Origin: a virus
Lineage: Duplodnaviria; Caudoviricetes
DNA: 64,000 nt
Virus record (IMG/VR): IMGVR_UViG_3300025133_000020
Strand: one strand, 5' to 3'
Below, one piece after another: positions 7,650 to 18,466 of this stretch. The notes beneath the pieces were generated by a model. That model searched no databases. It had not been told where the DNA came from and saw only the letters and a list, made by a program, of their open reading frames with translations. Positions within the stretch are counted from its first letter, which is position 1, and every line of letters begins with the position of its first letter. A program made the position numbers and the translations under genes.

Positions 7650-10600
7650 ATGGATATCAATAGCACAGCACCAAGCTTAAGAGAAATATTATTAGGTAGA
7701 AACATCATTAGCGATAGTATTACCAACAATGGGTTGGCAGCTTTGGTTGAAGGTATTAGTAGTTTAGTTTCTATTGGACACCATACGCCAAATGTTCAAC
7801 CATCAGAAGACATAGAGCTTTTAGGTGAACTATATCGGGATTTACTAATAGTGAATAATAAGCACCAAGGGTCACTTGATGACCATAGGCGAATATCTAT
7901 CATCACTTTACCAAATGATGAAACAGGAGAAGAACCATACAACCCAACTCACGCTGATTTAATTGAGGATAGTCTACTACGTGGAGACTTAAACCTTATT
8001 AACAACAAATATAGAAATGTATTGGGTGAAACCCAAATAATTGATGTCAAGTTCGTACCACAGGATATAACAACTGTTAGCGAATATGGTTCAACTTCAG
8101 GTAAGCTTGGACATGACGAAGACTCAGAGCAATACAGGAAGGATAATACTACCAAATCTAAGTACTTAGATTGGGATGCTCAATTACTCAAAGATATCAT
8201 AACCACACCAGTGGTAACAGATAAGAACCTACCCAACTATAAGACCCGTATGGAAGGTATCTTAGGTAAAGGTGATGGTTCGGTTGCTTCTGCTGCCGCC
8301 AGCGTAATGGGTAAACTATTAGGTGGTACTCAACCCAATTATTCAGTAGGTGAACCAAACCCAGTATTCGATATCCAAGGTATTCTATCCAATTCAGATA
8401 TTGATGAAACACCACTTGGTGTTAATGCTGCTGAAGGATTGAATAATGCAATCTTAGCCAACATAGGTGCCAACCTATACGAAGAAACTATTGGTAATAT
8501 AAACACCAACCCACTTAGTGTGTTGATGGGGAATGATATAATTGTTCCCAACTACAGTATAACTGTTGCCAAGGGTACATTCGGGGGGCTTTTGGACTAT
8601 TCAGAGAAAATTCTTGGGTTACAAGTACCTGTAAGTCTATTATCTCAATCATCTTCCATATTTCAATCGGAAAACCCAGTACCTAACGTTCAAAGAGCTA
8701 ATAGCTTGATTGAAAACACAGGTAAAGGTCAAATACTTAGTCTATTTGCCAATTTGAGAGCAAGTTTATTGAACTCAAATAGTGTGAAAAGTGGATATGC
8801 TCCTGGTTTTGTGGACAAACGTGACCCAAATGGTGGGATAAATCCAAATATATACGCTTTCGCAGATAATGAAGGTGGTGTTATAGACTTCCTACATGGT
8901 ACTGAAAGTAACCCAATAGCTCAATCCAACTATAATGATAAATTAGCGGCTAACTCTGGGTTTAAGGGTATAGAAAACGTTAAAAGTGAGGTATTGGATG
9001 GTACTGCTGGTCAAGTAGATTTCACTTGGTCTGACCAATACTTAGGTGTTTACACCAACACTGATTTCGAAAAGAAGAGCATCCTATGGAAAACACAAAA
9101 CCTGTTCAATCAAGCGGATAGGATGGTTAACCTTACTACTGGTAAGTATGCTAAAGCTACTCAAGGTGAAACTAACACAACGGTTGATTCTGCTGCTGGT
9201 ACTATAATTTCAAAGGGTAGTGCGGTACGTAGATTTAACGATAGATTACCTGAAACAGACCCTGACAGAATGTTCAATAGAGCTTGGACTACTTTTGATA
9301 GGTATGACAGAGTTGAGAACTTACAAAAACATGCAACATTGGATTATAAGGCTGGTGTTAACGAAAGAAGCCTAAGAGGTGAATCGGTATTAGATGATAA
9401 TGGTTTTGTTAAGATAAGTGATTATGGTGATATAGATGGTGAAGCTACTGTTGCTAACTTAAGAGGTCATATGTTTTCAATTGAAAACTTGGCTTGGGCT
9501 GATGACCTAACTAAACTAATGCCAAGTGAAATTGGTAGAGGTGATACGGTAACTGGTAAGAAAGGTAGGGTGATGTGGTTCCCACCATACGAGATGAATT
9601 TTAATGATAATACCAGCGTTAACTGGGAGTCTACAGACTTCATTGGTAGAGGGGAACCAATATACACATACAACAATACTACTAGAATCGGTACGTTACA
9701 GTTTAAGATAATAATTGACCATCCATCATACATGAATAACCTTAAAGGTGAAAGCGACCAATTGATTGATTCGTTCTTTGCTGGTGAGTTTGATGTTGAT
9801 GATAGAGTTAAAAGTAAACTAAGCGCTGATGAGATTGCTACTGTTGAAGTTAAGAGGAATCAAGAAATTGATGATGTTAACCATACACCAACAGCGACAC
9901 CTGAACCTTTTAGTGTTTTCTTCCCGTATAATTCAAATACGATACAACCAGTAAACGTTGGTTATGAGGAAGGAGCTAATTTCAACTTCGTAACTAACCC
10001 ACAGGGGATTGATGAAGGTCTGGGTACTTATACTGATATGGATGGTATAACCAGAAACGATAACACTAACTTCACCCAGAATGATATTTATTGGGAAGTT
10101 ATAGAGGACATAGGAGATAAACTAAAAGAGTGTCCCGCTTGTAAGATTACTATAACAACTTATGGTGCTACAAACGAGAACAACTTAGCCAGATTCCAAA
10201 GGGCACAAGTTATTTATAATGAAATGGTCGCATTTAACGACCCTAACGACCCTGTAAAGGAAAAACGATATGAGTTAGTGGATGGTGGAGTATTACCAGT
10301 TCAACTATTTATGGTAAACCCAAGTACGGGTATTCCATCACCTTTACCGTTGGACACTGAGTCGGTTAAAAGTAAGATAAAGGTGAGCGTTAAGTTCCAA
10401 TTCGATGCTAAATTAGCGGAAGAACTTAACCCACAAAAGAAACGAGCAATACCTCAAGCGGATTCATTATTGAATCAAGGTCTTAAAAATAGGTTCTACA
10501 ATGAACTTGGGTTTTTTAAGAAATTACAACAGGATGATAAAGTCGTGTATGATAGTATTAGTGAGAAGATTGGTTTCTTCCACCCAGCTTTCCACTCTAT

Positions 10601-11588
10601 AACACCTGAAGGGTTTAACTCAAGATTGACCTTCCTACAGCAATGTACTAGACAAGGACCCACCCTAAGTGATAATCATGAGCGACCAGATAACCTTGCG
10701 TTTGGTAAGCCACCAGTATGTATACTTAGAATTGGTGACTTTTATCACACCAAGATTGTGATAGATAACTTGAGTTTTTCATATGAACCATTGGTTTGGG
10801 ATTTAAACCCTGAAGGTGTAGGTGTTCAACCAATGATTTGTACAGTGGATATGCAATTTGCCTTTATAGGTGGTTCAAGTATGAAAGGACCCATTAACAA
10901 ATTACAAAATGCGGTTAGTTTTAACTTCTTCGCTAATACTGAAATATATGACCCACGAGCCGATTGGATTTCTGGTGATGAAGTTATCAGTGGTGTTTCA
11001 CCTGATGAAACAGGTAAAGCTGCTGCTAGTAGTACTAATGGTGGTGGAAATACTAACGCACCTGTAACTAATCAAGCGGCAACGGCTGCTGCGGCTGTGG
11101 GTCCTACACAACCACCAACCGCACCAACGGGTACTGCTGCTGTTGCTACAACAGCCGCTACTGCAACTGTACCAACTATAACAGGATTTGACGGTATCCA
11201 ACTTCAATTAATGGCTGATGGTGCTCATCAACAAACTTATGGTGTTAGGGTTAGTGTTAAAACTGAAGCTATCTATAGTGGAAGTACATTACTACTAACT
11301 ACTCAAGAGTTAAATGATTTCGTTGGTAAGGGCGTTAAACTTACGTTGATTAGTCCAGCAGGTACCCTTAAAGCTAATGAGGTGGTTCCGTTAACTGGTA
11401 GTGATGGTAAGAGTTGGAACTTCTTGAGTGGTGGTCTAGGTTATCCGTTAGGTGAGACAGTACAAAGTGGTATTGGTATCCGAGGTATGTTTACTGGAGA
11501 CTACCAACTTAAGCTTGAATATAATGGTCAGACTATAGCCAATAAGGTTATAAATATACATGGTCAAACTAGTGAATATATAACATAA
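7650..11588 (+). CDS. Large baseplate hub / tube-initiator-like structural protein with degenerate OmpA-like segment
   Basis: 1312 aa after the tape measure gene. It has two tube-fold-like blocks (GRVMWFPPY...FIGRGEPIYTY and AFGKPPVCILRIGDFYHTKIVI...), an Ala/Thr/Pro linker and a C-terminal beta domain. Confidence 0.65.
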   Translation: MDINSTAPSLREILLGRNIISDSITNNGLAALVEGISSLVSIGHHTPNVQPSEDIELLGELYRDLLIVNNKHQGSLDDHRRISIITLPNDETGEEPYNPTHADLIEDSLLRGDLNLINNKYRNVLGETQIIDVKFVPQDITTVSEYGSTSGKLGHDEDSEQYRKDNTTKSKYLDWDAQLLKDIITTPVVTDKNLPNYKTRMEGILGKGDGSVASAAASVMGKLLGGTQPNYSVGEPNPVFDIQGILSNSDIDETPLGVNAAEGLNNAILANIGANLYEETIGNINTNPLSVLMGNDIIVPNYSITVAKGTFGGLLDYSEKILGLQVPVSLLSQSSSIFQSENPVPNVQRANSLIENTGKGQILSLFANLRASLLNSNSVKSGYAPGFVDKRDPNGGINPNIYAFADNEGGVIDFLHGTESNPIAQSNYNDKLAANSGFKGIENVKSEVLDGTAGQVDFTWSDQYLGVYTNTDFEKKSILWKTQNLFNQADRMVNLTTGKYAKATQGETNTTVDSAAGTIISKGSAVRRFNDRLPETDPDRMFNRAWTTFDRYDRVENLQKHATLDYKAGVNERSLRGESVLDDNGFVKISDYGDIDGEATVANLRGHMFSIENLAWADDLTKLMPSEIGRGDTVTGKKGRVMWFPPYEMNFNDNTSVNWESTDFIGRGEPIYTYNNTTRIGTLQFKIIIDHPSYMNNLKGESDQLIDSFFAGEFDVDDRVKSKLSADEIATVEVKRNQEIDDVNHTPTATPEPFSVFFPYNSNTIQPVNVGYEEGANFNFVTNPQGIDEGLGTYTDMDGITRNDNTNFTQNDIYWEVIEDIGDKLKECPACKITITTYGATNENNLARFQRAQVIYNEMVAFNDPNDPVKEKRYELVDGGVLPVQLFMVNPSTGIPSPLPLDTESVKSKIKVSVKFQFDAKLAEELNPQKKRAIPQADSLLNQGLKNRFYNELGFFKKLQQDDKVVYDSISEKIGFFHPAFHSITPEGFNSRLTFLQQCTRQGPTLSDNHERPDNLAFGKPPVCILRIGDFYHTKIVIDNLSFSYEPLVWDLNPEGVGVQPMICTVDMQFAFIGGSSMKGPINKLQNAVSFNFFANTEIYDPRADWISGDEVISGVSPDETGKAAASSTNGGGNTNAPVTNQAATAAAAVGPTQPPTAPTGTAAVATTAATATVPTITGFDGIQLQLMADGAHQQTYGVRVSVKTEAIYSGSTLLLTTQELNDFVGKGVKLTLISPAGTLKANEVVPLTGSDGKSWNFLSGGLGYPLGETVQSGIGIRGMFTGDYQLKLEYNGQTIANKVINIHGQTSEYIT

Positions 11589-11905
11589 TGGCAGAATATT
11601 TCGATAGATACGCAGAATTCAGAACTAATGGTGGGGTAACCCCACTTCCTGGAATTAAATTACCTGAAGTTACCACGGATAAAGCGGTGGTATATAAAGT
11701 TGGTGAAACAAGGCTTGACATCTTAAGTCAGAAGTATTATAATAACCCTTATAGTGGGTTCTTAATCATGCTAGCCAATCCACGATATGGTGGGCTGGAG
11801 TTTGATATTAAGGATAGAGATGTTATAAGAATACCCTTTCCGTTCGAAAGTGCGGCTGAGAGATATGTCACAGGGGTAAAAGAATATAAGAGGTTATATG
11901 GTTAA
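11588..11905 (+). CDS. Small baseplate protein, LysM/gp53-like
   Basis: 105 aa; YKVGETRLDILSQKYYNNP...IMLANP...DVIRIP matches the LysM-like baseplate pattern. Confidence 0.75.
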   Translation: MAEYFDRYAEFRTNGGVTPLPGIKLPEVTTDKAVVYKVGETRLDILSQKYYNNPYSGFLIMLANPRYGGLEFDIKDRDVIRIPFPFESAAERYVTGVKEYKRLYG

Positions 11906-14900
11906 GAAAATACAAAACGTACCGCCAGAGTGTGGGAGAATTTTATATCACGACCCCAACCCTGCTGGGTCTACAATAGTACCACTTGAGAATCTATCAA
12001 TTGATGTTAATCTTGAGGTGAGTAAGAAGTCGCGTAGTATTATCACGAGTGGTAATGATTCTACGTTCTCATCATCGAGTAGTGGTACTAATGGTAAAAT
12101 ATCATTTCTTGATGGTAGTCCTTATGGTAGTGAAGGTAAGAGAGCATTAACTACCAGCTACACGAATATAGGAACCACATTCAACACATCAGGTGATGCG
12201 GATATGGAAGGGTTCGGTATGACCGATATTCAGATTGAATTTGATACTTCATATACACCTATGATTAAGATTAAGTTCGTTGATATTCGTGGTGGAATGC
12301 TAAGTAGACAATCAACGGCACCAGACCTTAATAGGTATAACCTATTCTTCGATTTACCTTACCCTATGTTCAGTTTAACTGTTAATGGGTATTACGGTAA
12401 AGCCGTAACATACTGCTTACACCTTATTAGATGGAATGCATCATTCAACACCGAAACTGGTAACTTCGAAATTGACGCTGAATTCATTGGTTATACTTAT
12501 GCTATTTTGACGGATATGTTAATGGGGTACCTTAAAGCTGTACCTAAGACTGCCATAGGTTCAATTAAATACAAAAAATTGGCTGATGAGTATAAGGATA
12601 GTGGTATACCCGTATACACAATAGATGAAATGCTGTATAACATTTCCAAACTTAATGATAACTTAAATGAGTTCAAATCGACCAACGAGGATTATGGTAA
12701 AATAGTCGCTATTGGTGAATCTATAGCTGTGGTTAAAGAAATGAAAGAGGCTATAGAGAACCTATTTTTTAGAATATCGATTAATAGGGAAAAACTTGCT
12801 GGTGACGACACATATCAAGTATATAGTGAGGACTTACAATATAGAGATTTAGGTCCCCCTGTAAGTACAGATGCGGTACTTACCGAAGAAGATGTTAATA
12901 ACCTTAAAGCTAATAATGAGGCTACTAAGAAGCAATCTGATAGTATTAGAGAAGTTGATAAGATTATTGATGATTATAACGTAACCATTGAGGATTTAGT
13001 TGATAAGTTATTGGCTATTAAAAACTCAGGTAATCCTGACCCAGAATTATTCAAGATTATACACACGTTCCCTATTAGTTATGATGATATCAGTAACGAA
13101 CCAACCAGTGGTAGTACTAGTGCCAAGGAACCTTTAGATGTATTCTTAAAGAATGATAAATACGTTGACCCAACAGAGAGAAAGAGGGCTAATGAGATTA
13201 GGGTTAAAATGCTCAATAAAATAAGAACTATAAAGAGTAAAGAGGATTTAACCTACCAAGTTTTAGATGCGTATAGAGCCGTATTGGAGATAAATCGATT
13301 AATAGATTTTTACTGTGATGAACAAAAAAGGCTTGAGGCTAGTTTATCCGAAAAGGTAAGGAAGTTTGTTGATGACGGGTTAGAATTCAAACCAACCATA
13401 AAATCGCTGGTGAGGACTCTTACGATGCATTGTGAGGTATTGTTAGAGACAATTATGGAAGTGTCTCATAAGGCTGAAGGCTCCGACATAAGGAGAACTG
13501 AACTAATTGAAAAACTTGGTATTGAGAATCTGGATGTTAAGGTACCACCAAAGCCTGCCAAAACTAAGGATAACAAAGGAACGGACGCTCCAATATACCC
13601 ATTCCCTATGTATAATGACGAGAATGGTGATGAAAAATGGATAGGTGATGAGGTGGAAAAAGGGACTGTTGATGAGGTGGATTTCACTATAGACTTATTG
13701 GATGCTCTTATACAGAGTAAAGAGTTTGATATAAAATTAGAAGCTCTGACCAACAGTGGTAAGGTGGATTGGTTTGCATTAACACCGTTGGATACTAAAG
13801 GTAGGTTACTGGGTGGTTTAGCTCTTAACCCATATAAGAATCCTGAACCAATACATCCAGATGAGACTATGCGTATTCTTATGTATAGAATGTTCTTATA
13901 TCTTGGTGTTGGTAACACTAAAGTGGACGATGAATTATTGACGTATATTGCTAAATTTGAGGCTCACAACTTATTCGATGGGGTTAACACAAAAACTGGT
14001 GAAATGCGTAAGCTACTTAACGCTAGTTATAATTCTGGTTCTGATATTATAACTCACTTCCTTAAGGGGTCGGATAATATTAAAAATCGTAACGGTTATA
14101 ATTCAGCCCAAGCCTATATGTTTGGGTCGGATGGTGATTATGTTTATTCATATATCACAGAGACAGCCAGCGTTATAGATAGAAGGGCTTATATACCTGT
14201 TAGTGATGGTTGGTCTGGAGAAAGATTCTACAATGGTAATGAGTTGAAGAATGAAAATGATTTAGCGCTACTGGGTGCTGGGGATAATAGGCTGACATTT
14301 ATTGGTAATTACATCAACGGAACTACTGGTACAACCAAACCATATGACGGTGCTCAATATCTTAAGATACTAGGGGCTAACAATTACAGTACAACACCTT
14401 TCACTAAACCTACCACTCTAACACCGAAATTGTATAAGAGTTATACTGAAAAATACACACCAGTAACCATAAGACCAACACAAAATAGTATAGTTAATTC
14501 CTTGGAAGATGATAAAGCTATCAAGAATTTAAACCCTATTTCTGGTAAATTTGGTACTACAGAATTCTTCGAAATTAATGCGGATAATTCTATAAGTGGT
14601 GATGGTAACATATCTGAACTGACCAAACTTAGTAACGGTAATACTAAAACAACCCCACTATTCTATGTGGATTGTAATAGAGGTTCTATATTGGGTAGTG
14701 GTAGTAAGGCTAAAACTATTGAAGGGCTTACCAGAATAGGTGAGAACAAAGCATTAGTGAATGAAGGTATATTAGGCTCCCCAAAAGAGTTGGTAGTACC
14801 AAGAGTTGAATTAGGTTGGGTAGATAGAACTGTTGGTTCTCAAAATGTGGTATACGCTAGTTTATTTGGTGTACCACTATATTACGCTCAAATAGCAGCA

Positions 14901-17900
14901 AAAGATGATGTTGTCGATTTGGCTAAAGCGTATCTATTTGTTAATACCTTCCCATTAGCTGGTACAAAAAATAATGACGAAGAAGTAAGGCACCAACCAT
15001 TGGATACCATTTTTGGTGATTCACATGAGGATATGGACACTATAAACGCTTTATTCTCAAGTAACGCTGGATTCATTAAATCACCAACACTGTGGTGTTA
15101 TTGGATGGGTAGTGTTCTGTGGAGACGTAGATATTTTGAGGTTAATGGTGTAGACCCGATAGTTACATCAGGTGTAAGCAGCAACCAAAGTATTAATCTT
15201 ATACCTTTGGTTACAACGTACCCTAAAACCGATGAATTATTCTTCGCCATAACTAGTTTAAATACGGATAAAAGAACTCCTATGTTATTAGCTGGAGATT
15301 CCCCTTCTTCACAAGAAGCGGCTATATATGAAAAGGTTGATAGTACGGTGTTAAAATTACCTGAACAAGTTAAGGATGAGTTTATAAACTTATTTACGAA
15401 TTGGGTTGAAAAAGAGTTTAAAGAGTTGACTGAAAATCTTGAAATGTCAGCAGGTATTGGTGTAACAAAGGTATCTGACGGGGTTGCTAACATAACCAAC
15501 TGGGAAACAATTTTAACATTTAATTATCAGACTTATTCTGGTGATACTGAAGGTGTGATACCACAAACTGAGTTAACCTCTACGGAAAGGAAAAATTACA
15601 GCGAGGTTGTGGTAGCGGCAGCTACATATACTGGTAACCCCGTAATATACAAACCATATTTCTATCAGCTAACCAACGGGTTCAACACCAAAGCCAACAA
15701 ATATCTTGTTCAATTAATGTTACAAGAATCTGTGATAGCAAATTATAGTCCTAATACGTTCAGGAAAAGCGAATTAGGTTACACTAATGCTAATATTAGG
15801 ATACCTACAAGTACTGTTGATACTTACTTGGATGTGTTATGGGAAGAGTATAAGAAATTATACAAGGAGAACGAGGAATCCATCAAAGATAAAAAGAAAA
15901 CTAAGGATGCGATATTCAAATCGGTGGATAACGATGTTATCCTATTGAATATTTATAGATACTTATCATCATTGAATAACAAGTGGGTAGGTGAGTATAC
16001 TCCTGACGATAATAGGTTATTCTTTCCATGTACCCCACAATCGTCAAATGATGATGTTATAGCGGAAGGTGAGAATAGAACTAGAACCAGATTAATTGAT
16101 TCTTTTAGGTTCCTAAATAAGTCATTTACCAGCATTGGAGACGAGTTCCTTATTAACCCTAGAATTATCTATGATATGATTACCAGTAACTATAATCAAA
16201 GCTTCTTCGATTATATCAATAGAATATTAGCGGATAACAATTTTAATTTCATTCCGTTACCATCATACGTTGACTTTAAAGATGGGGCATCGGTTGCGGA
16301 GATATTTGAACCTATACCATTTAATCAAGTAGTATCCAACATTGGTCCTACCTTCTTATGTGTATACATTGGTCAACCGTCAACACATTTGGATTTAGGT
16401 AAAGCGTCAGCATATGCTGACGATGGGTTAGATTTAAGATGTGAACAAGCTAGAAAGAGTGGTGATTGGACTATAGAGCCAGATTTGGCGAAGGGTGAGA
16501 AATATGTGCCAGTATTTGAGGTTAATTACGCACAACAAAACCAAAGCTACTTCAAGAATATTAAGTTAGACCAAAGAGAGTTTACGGAAACTGAAGAATC
16601 ATTGGTAATCATTGATGAGTTGAGTAAGTCTGGGGATAAGAATAAAGCGGCTTCCGTGGGGCAAAACTTATTCAATATTTATCAGACTAGAGCTTATAGT
16701 GCTGAGGTTGAGGCGATGGGTATGCCGTTAATACAACCTATGATGTACTTCCAACTTAATAATATCCCTATGTTCCATGGAGCGTACATGATTATTAAGA
16801 CATCACATCATATCACACCTAACCATATGGATAGTAAATTCACAGGTATTAGAATACGTGATGTTAATACGCCACTATACAAATCGTCATTCCAAATAAT
16901 GAGTTTGATTAGTGATGCTGAAACATGTGATACGAAGTTAAAATACAAGATAAAAGGGGAAGAACAGTATGAGGATGTAGTTAAGGATGATAAAGTTACG
17001 CCTGACCCTACACCTATTGTAGATATGGATGGTGTTAGTGACTATTATAAGCATGGTTATACTGTTGGATATAACTTTAAGCTTTCTGATTATGATGCTC
17101 AATCTAACACTAAGAAAAATGGTGTATATATGACTTATAATGAAATCATTAATGAGGTTAATGATATAACCAACGTACCGATAAACACGTTAAAACTGAT
17201 GATGCTATGTGAGTCCACTATTGGCACCAATAAGGATGGTAAGGGTAATAAAACAACCACATTTACTTACGAAGGTTCCAGTGTAACGCTACCAAAAGAT
17301 ATGAATGGTGGTGGTTATGTTGGGTTGATGCAATTCGGTAAATTAGCAACCTTAGATGTTAGGAGTAACGTACAAGATGCGGTGTTCATACCAAATAATG
17401 GTTTAGAATTTTATGCCAATACTGATGCGGCAAATAATAAGATAATCTTCCCAAGTGACTGGAACGGGAATTCAAGTACGAATAATAAATTCACTAACTC
17501 ATTATTCGATGATTATATCAATGTAATGGCTGGTGCTTATTATGCTATTCAGAACATGGGTATAACTCCAGAAAAGATAACCAACACCAAGGATGTATAC
17601 TTATCCCACCAACAAGGTAGAGGCGGATTAAACACTATTAAAAAGAACCCTTTAGACCAAGTAGACGAAAACAGTGGTAGGATACCAACTAACATGAAGG
17701 GTAATAAACCACCACTTAAAGATGTAAGCGAATTAACTAACGGTACCTTAACCAATGGTGATTGGTATGCAGCTTGGGCAGGTAGAATAGATTCAGCAGC
17801 AGTAGAGTTGGATAATAATTACGTTTCCAATGTGAATGATAAGTACCCTAATGCCAATAAATTCAGAAGGGTACTGAATCAATTGGGTTATAGTGAGAAG

Positions 17901-18428
17901 GGTAGTAGCTTAACAGAAGCTGGCGATATTAGTGAGAATATAGAAAAGGTAGCTTCATCTGTGATGAAGAAAATCAAAGAGTTACACCCTAATTTGGTAA
18001 TTATCGTTACCGCAGGTAACGATAATCTACACTCTAATAGTCAGTACAGTAGACATGCTGCTCACCCACCAACTACTACTAAAGGTAACGCTATTGACTT
18101 TACTGTTATGAACAGTAATGGTACTAAGATAGTAGCTATAAATTCACCATACAGGAAACTACAGACTACTCAACCACCATTAGAAAACGAGTATAATTCG
18201 GATGATAGAATTAAGTTAACACAAGTCTTAAAAATTCTACAAGGATTTACAGCAGGTGGTATACCAGATGTTGGTTATTTGGATGAATATACTTTAGGTA
18301 GTGAAACAGCGACAGGACCCCACTTCCACTTATCATACTTTAAGGGTGGTGGTTCTGAAGGTGTAGAGGAAAGAGAAGAAGCCTACGCTTTAGCTGATAC
18401 AAACGATATTACTGAATATACTGTATAA
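11898..18428 (+). CDS. Very large baseplate hub/tail-tip protein with C-terminal lytic transglycosylase-like and M15-like peptidase domains
   Basis: 2176 aa. The N-terminal hub-like block is FFDLPYPMFSLTVNGYYGKAV; AYSAEVEAMGMPLIQPMMYFQL is a gp27-like closing motif. SLT motifs: LMMLCES, GLMQFG, NVMAGAYY, YLSHQQG. Peptidase motifs: SRH...AIDF...PHFHLS. Confidence 0.75.
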   Translation: MVKKIQNVPPECGRILYHDPNPAGSTIVPLENLSIDVNLEVSKKSRSIITSGNDSTFSSSSSGTNGKISFLDGSPYGSEGKRALTTSYTNIGTTFNTSGDADMEGFGMTDIQIEFDTSYTPMIKIKFVDIRGGMLSRQSTAPDLNRYNLFFDLPYPMFSLTVNGYYGKAVTYCLHLIRWNASFNTETGNFEIDAEFIGYTYAILTDMLMGYLKAVPKTAIGSIKYKKLADEYKDSGIPVYTIDEMLYNISKLNDNLNEFKSTNEDYGKIVAIGESIAVVKEMKEAIENLFFRISINREKLAGDDTYQVYSEDLQYRDLGPPVSTDAVLTEEDVNNLKANNEATKKQSDSIREVDKIIDDYNVTIEDLVDKLLAIKNSGNPDPELFKIIHTFPISYDDISNEPTSGSTSAKEPLDVFLKNDKYVDPTERKRANEIRVKMLNKIRTIKSKEDLTYQVLDAYRAVLEINRLIDFYCDEQKRLEASLSEKVRKFVDDGLEFKPTIKSLVRTLTMHCEVLLETIMEVSHKAEGSDIRRTELIEKLGIENLDVKVPPKPAKTKDNKGTDAPIYPFPMYNDENGDEKWIGDEVEKGTVDEVDFTIDLLDALIQSKEFDIKLEALTNSGKVDWFALTPLDTKGRLLGGLALNPYKNPEPIHPDETMRILMYRMFLYLGVGNTKVDDELLTYIAKFEAHNLFDGVNTKTGEMRKLLNASYNSGSDIITHFLKGSDNIKNRNGYNSAQAYMFGSDGDYVYSYITETASVIDRRAYIPVSDGWSGERFYNGNELKNENDLALLGAGDNRLTFIGNYINGTTGTTKPYDGAQYLKILGANNYSTTPFTKPTTLTPKLYKSYTEKYTPVTIRPTQNSIVNSLEDDKAIKNLNPISGKFGTTEFFEINADNSISGDGNISELTKLSNGNTKTTPLFYVDCNRGSILGSGSKAKTIEGLTRIGENKALVNEGILGSPKELVVPRVELGWVDRTVGSQNVVYASLFGVPLYYAQIAAKDDVVDLAKAYLFVNTFPLAGTKNNDEEVRHQPLDTIFGDSHEDMDTINALFSSNAGFIKSPTLWCYWMGSVLWRRRYFEVNGVDPIVTSGVSSNQSINLIPLVTTYPKTDELFFAITSLNTDKRTPMLLAGDSPSSQEAAIYEKVDSTVLKLPEQVKDEFINLFTNWVEKEFKELTENLEMSAGIGVTKVSDGVANITNWETILTFNYQTYSGDTEGVIPQTELTSTERKNYSEVVVAAATYTGNPVIYKPYFYQLTNGFNTKANKYLVQLMLQESVIANYSPNTFRKSELGYTNANIRIPTSTVDTYLDVLWEEYKKLYKENEESIKDKKKTKDAIFKSVDNDVILLNIYRYLSSLNNKWVGEYTPDDNRLFFPCTPQSSNDDVIAEGENRTRTRLIDSFRFLNKSFTSIGDEFLINPRIIYDMITSNYNQSFFDYINRILADNNFNFIPLPSYVDFKDGASVAEIFEPIPFNQVVSNIGPTFLCVYIGQPSTHLDLGKASAYADDGLDLRCEQARKSGDWTIEPDLAKGEKYVPVFEVNYAQQNQSYFKNIKLDQREFTETEESLVIIDELSKSGDKNKAASVGQNLFNIYQTRAYSAEVEAMGMPLIQPMMYFQLNNIPMFHGAYMIIKTSHHITPNHMDSKFTGIRIRDVNTPLYKSSFQIMSLISDAETCDTKLKYKIKGEEQYEDVVKDDKVTPDPTPIVDMDGVSDYYKHGYTVGYNFKLSDYDAQSNTKKNGVYMTYNEIINEVNDITNVPINTLKLMMLCESTIGTNKDGKGNKTTTFTYEGSSVTLPKDMNGGGYVGLMQFGKLATLDVRSNVQDAVFIPNNGLEFYANTDAANNKIIFPSDWNGNSSTNNKFTNSLFDDYINVMAGAYYAIQNMGITPEKITNTKDVYLSHQQGRGGLNTIKKNPLDQVDENSGRIPTNMKGNKPPLKDVSELTNGTLTNGDWYAAWAGRIDSAAVELDNNYVSNVNDKYPNANKFRRVLNQLGYSEKGSSLTEAGDISENIEKVASSVMKKIKELHPNLVIIVTAGNDNLHSNSQYSRHAAHPPTTTKGNAIDFTVMNSNGTKIVAINSPYRKLQTTQPPLENEYNSDDRIKLTQVLKILQGFTAGGIPDVGYLDEYTLGSETATGPHFHLSYFKGGGSEGVEEREEAYALADTNDITEYTV

Positions 18429-18431
18429 GGG

Positions 18432-18462
18432 TTGAAACTCTCAGGTTAATTCTATATATTCG
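18432..18462 (+). promoter_or_regulatory. Host-type (early/middle) promoter TTGAAA-N17-TATATTCG
   Basis: Identical architecture at 20544, 55547 and 57277; matches the Bacteroidota -33/-7 spacing. Confidence 0.7.
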
Positions 18463-18466
18463 TAGA

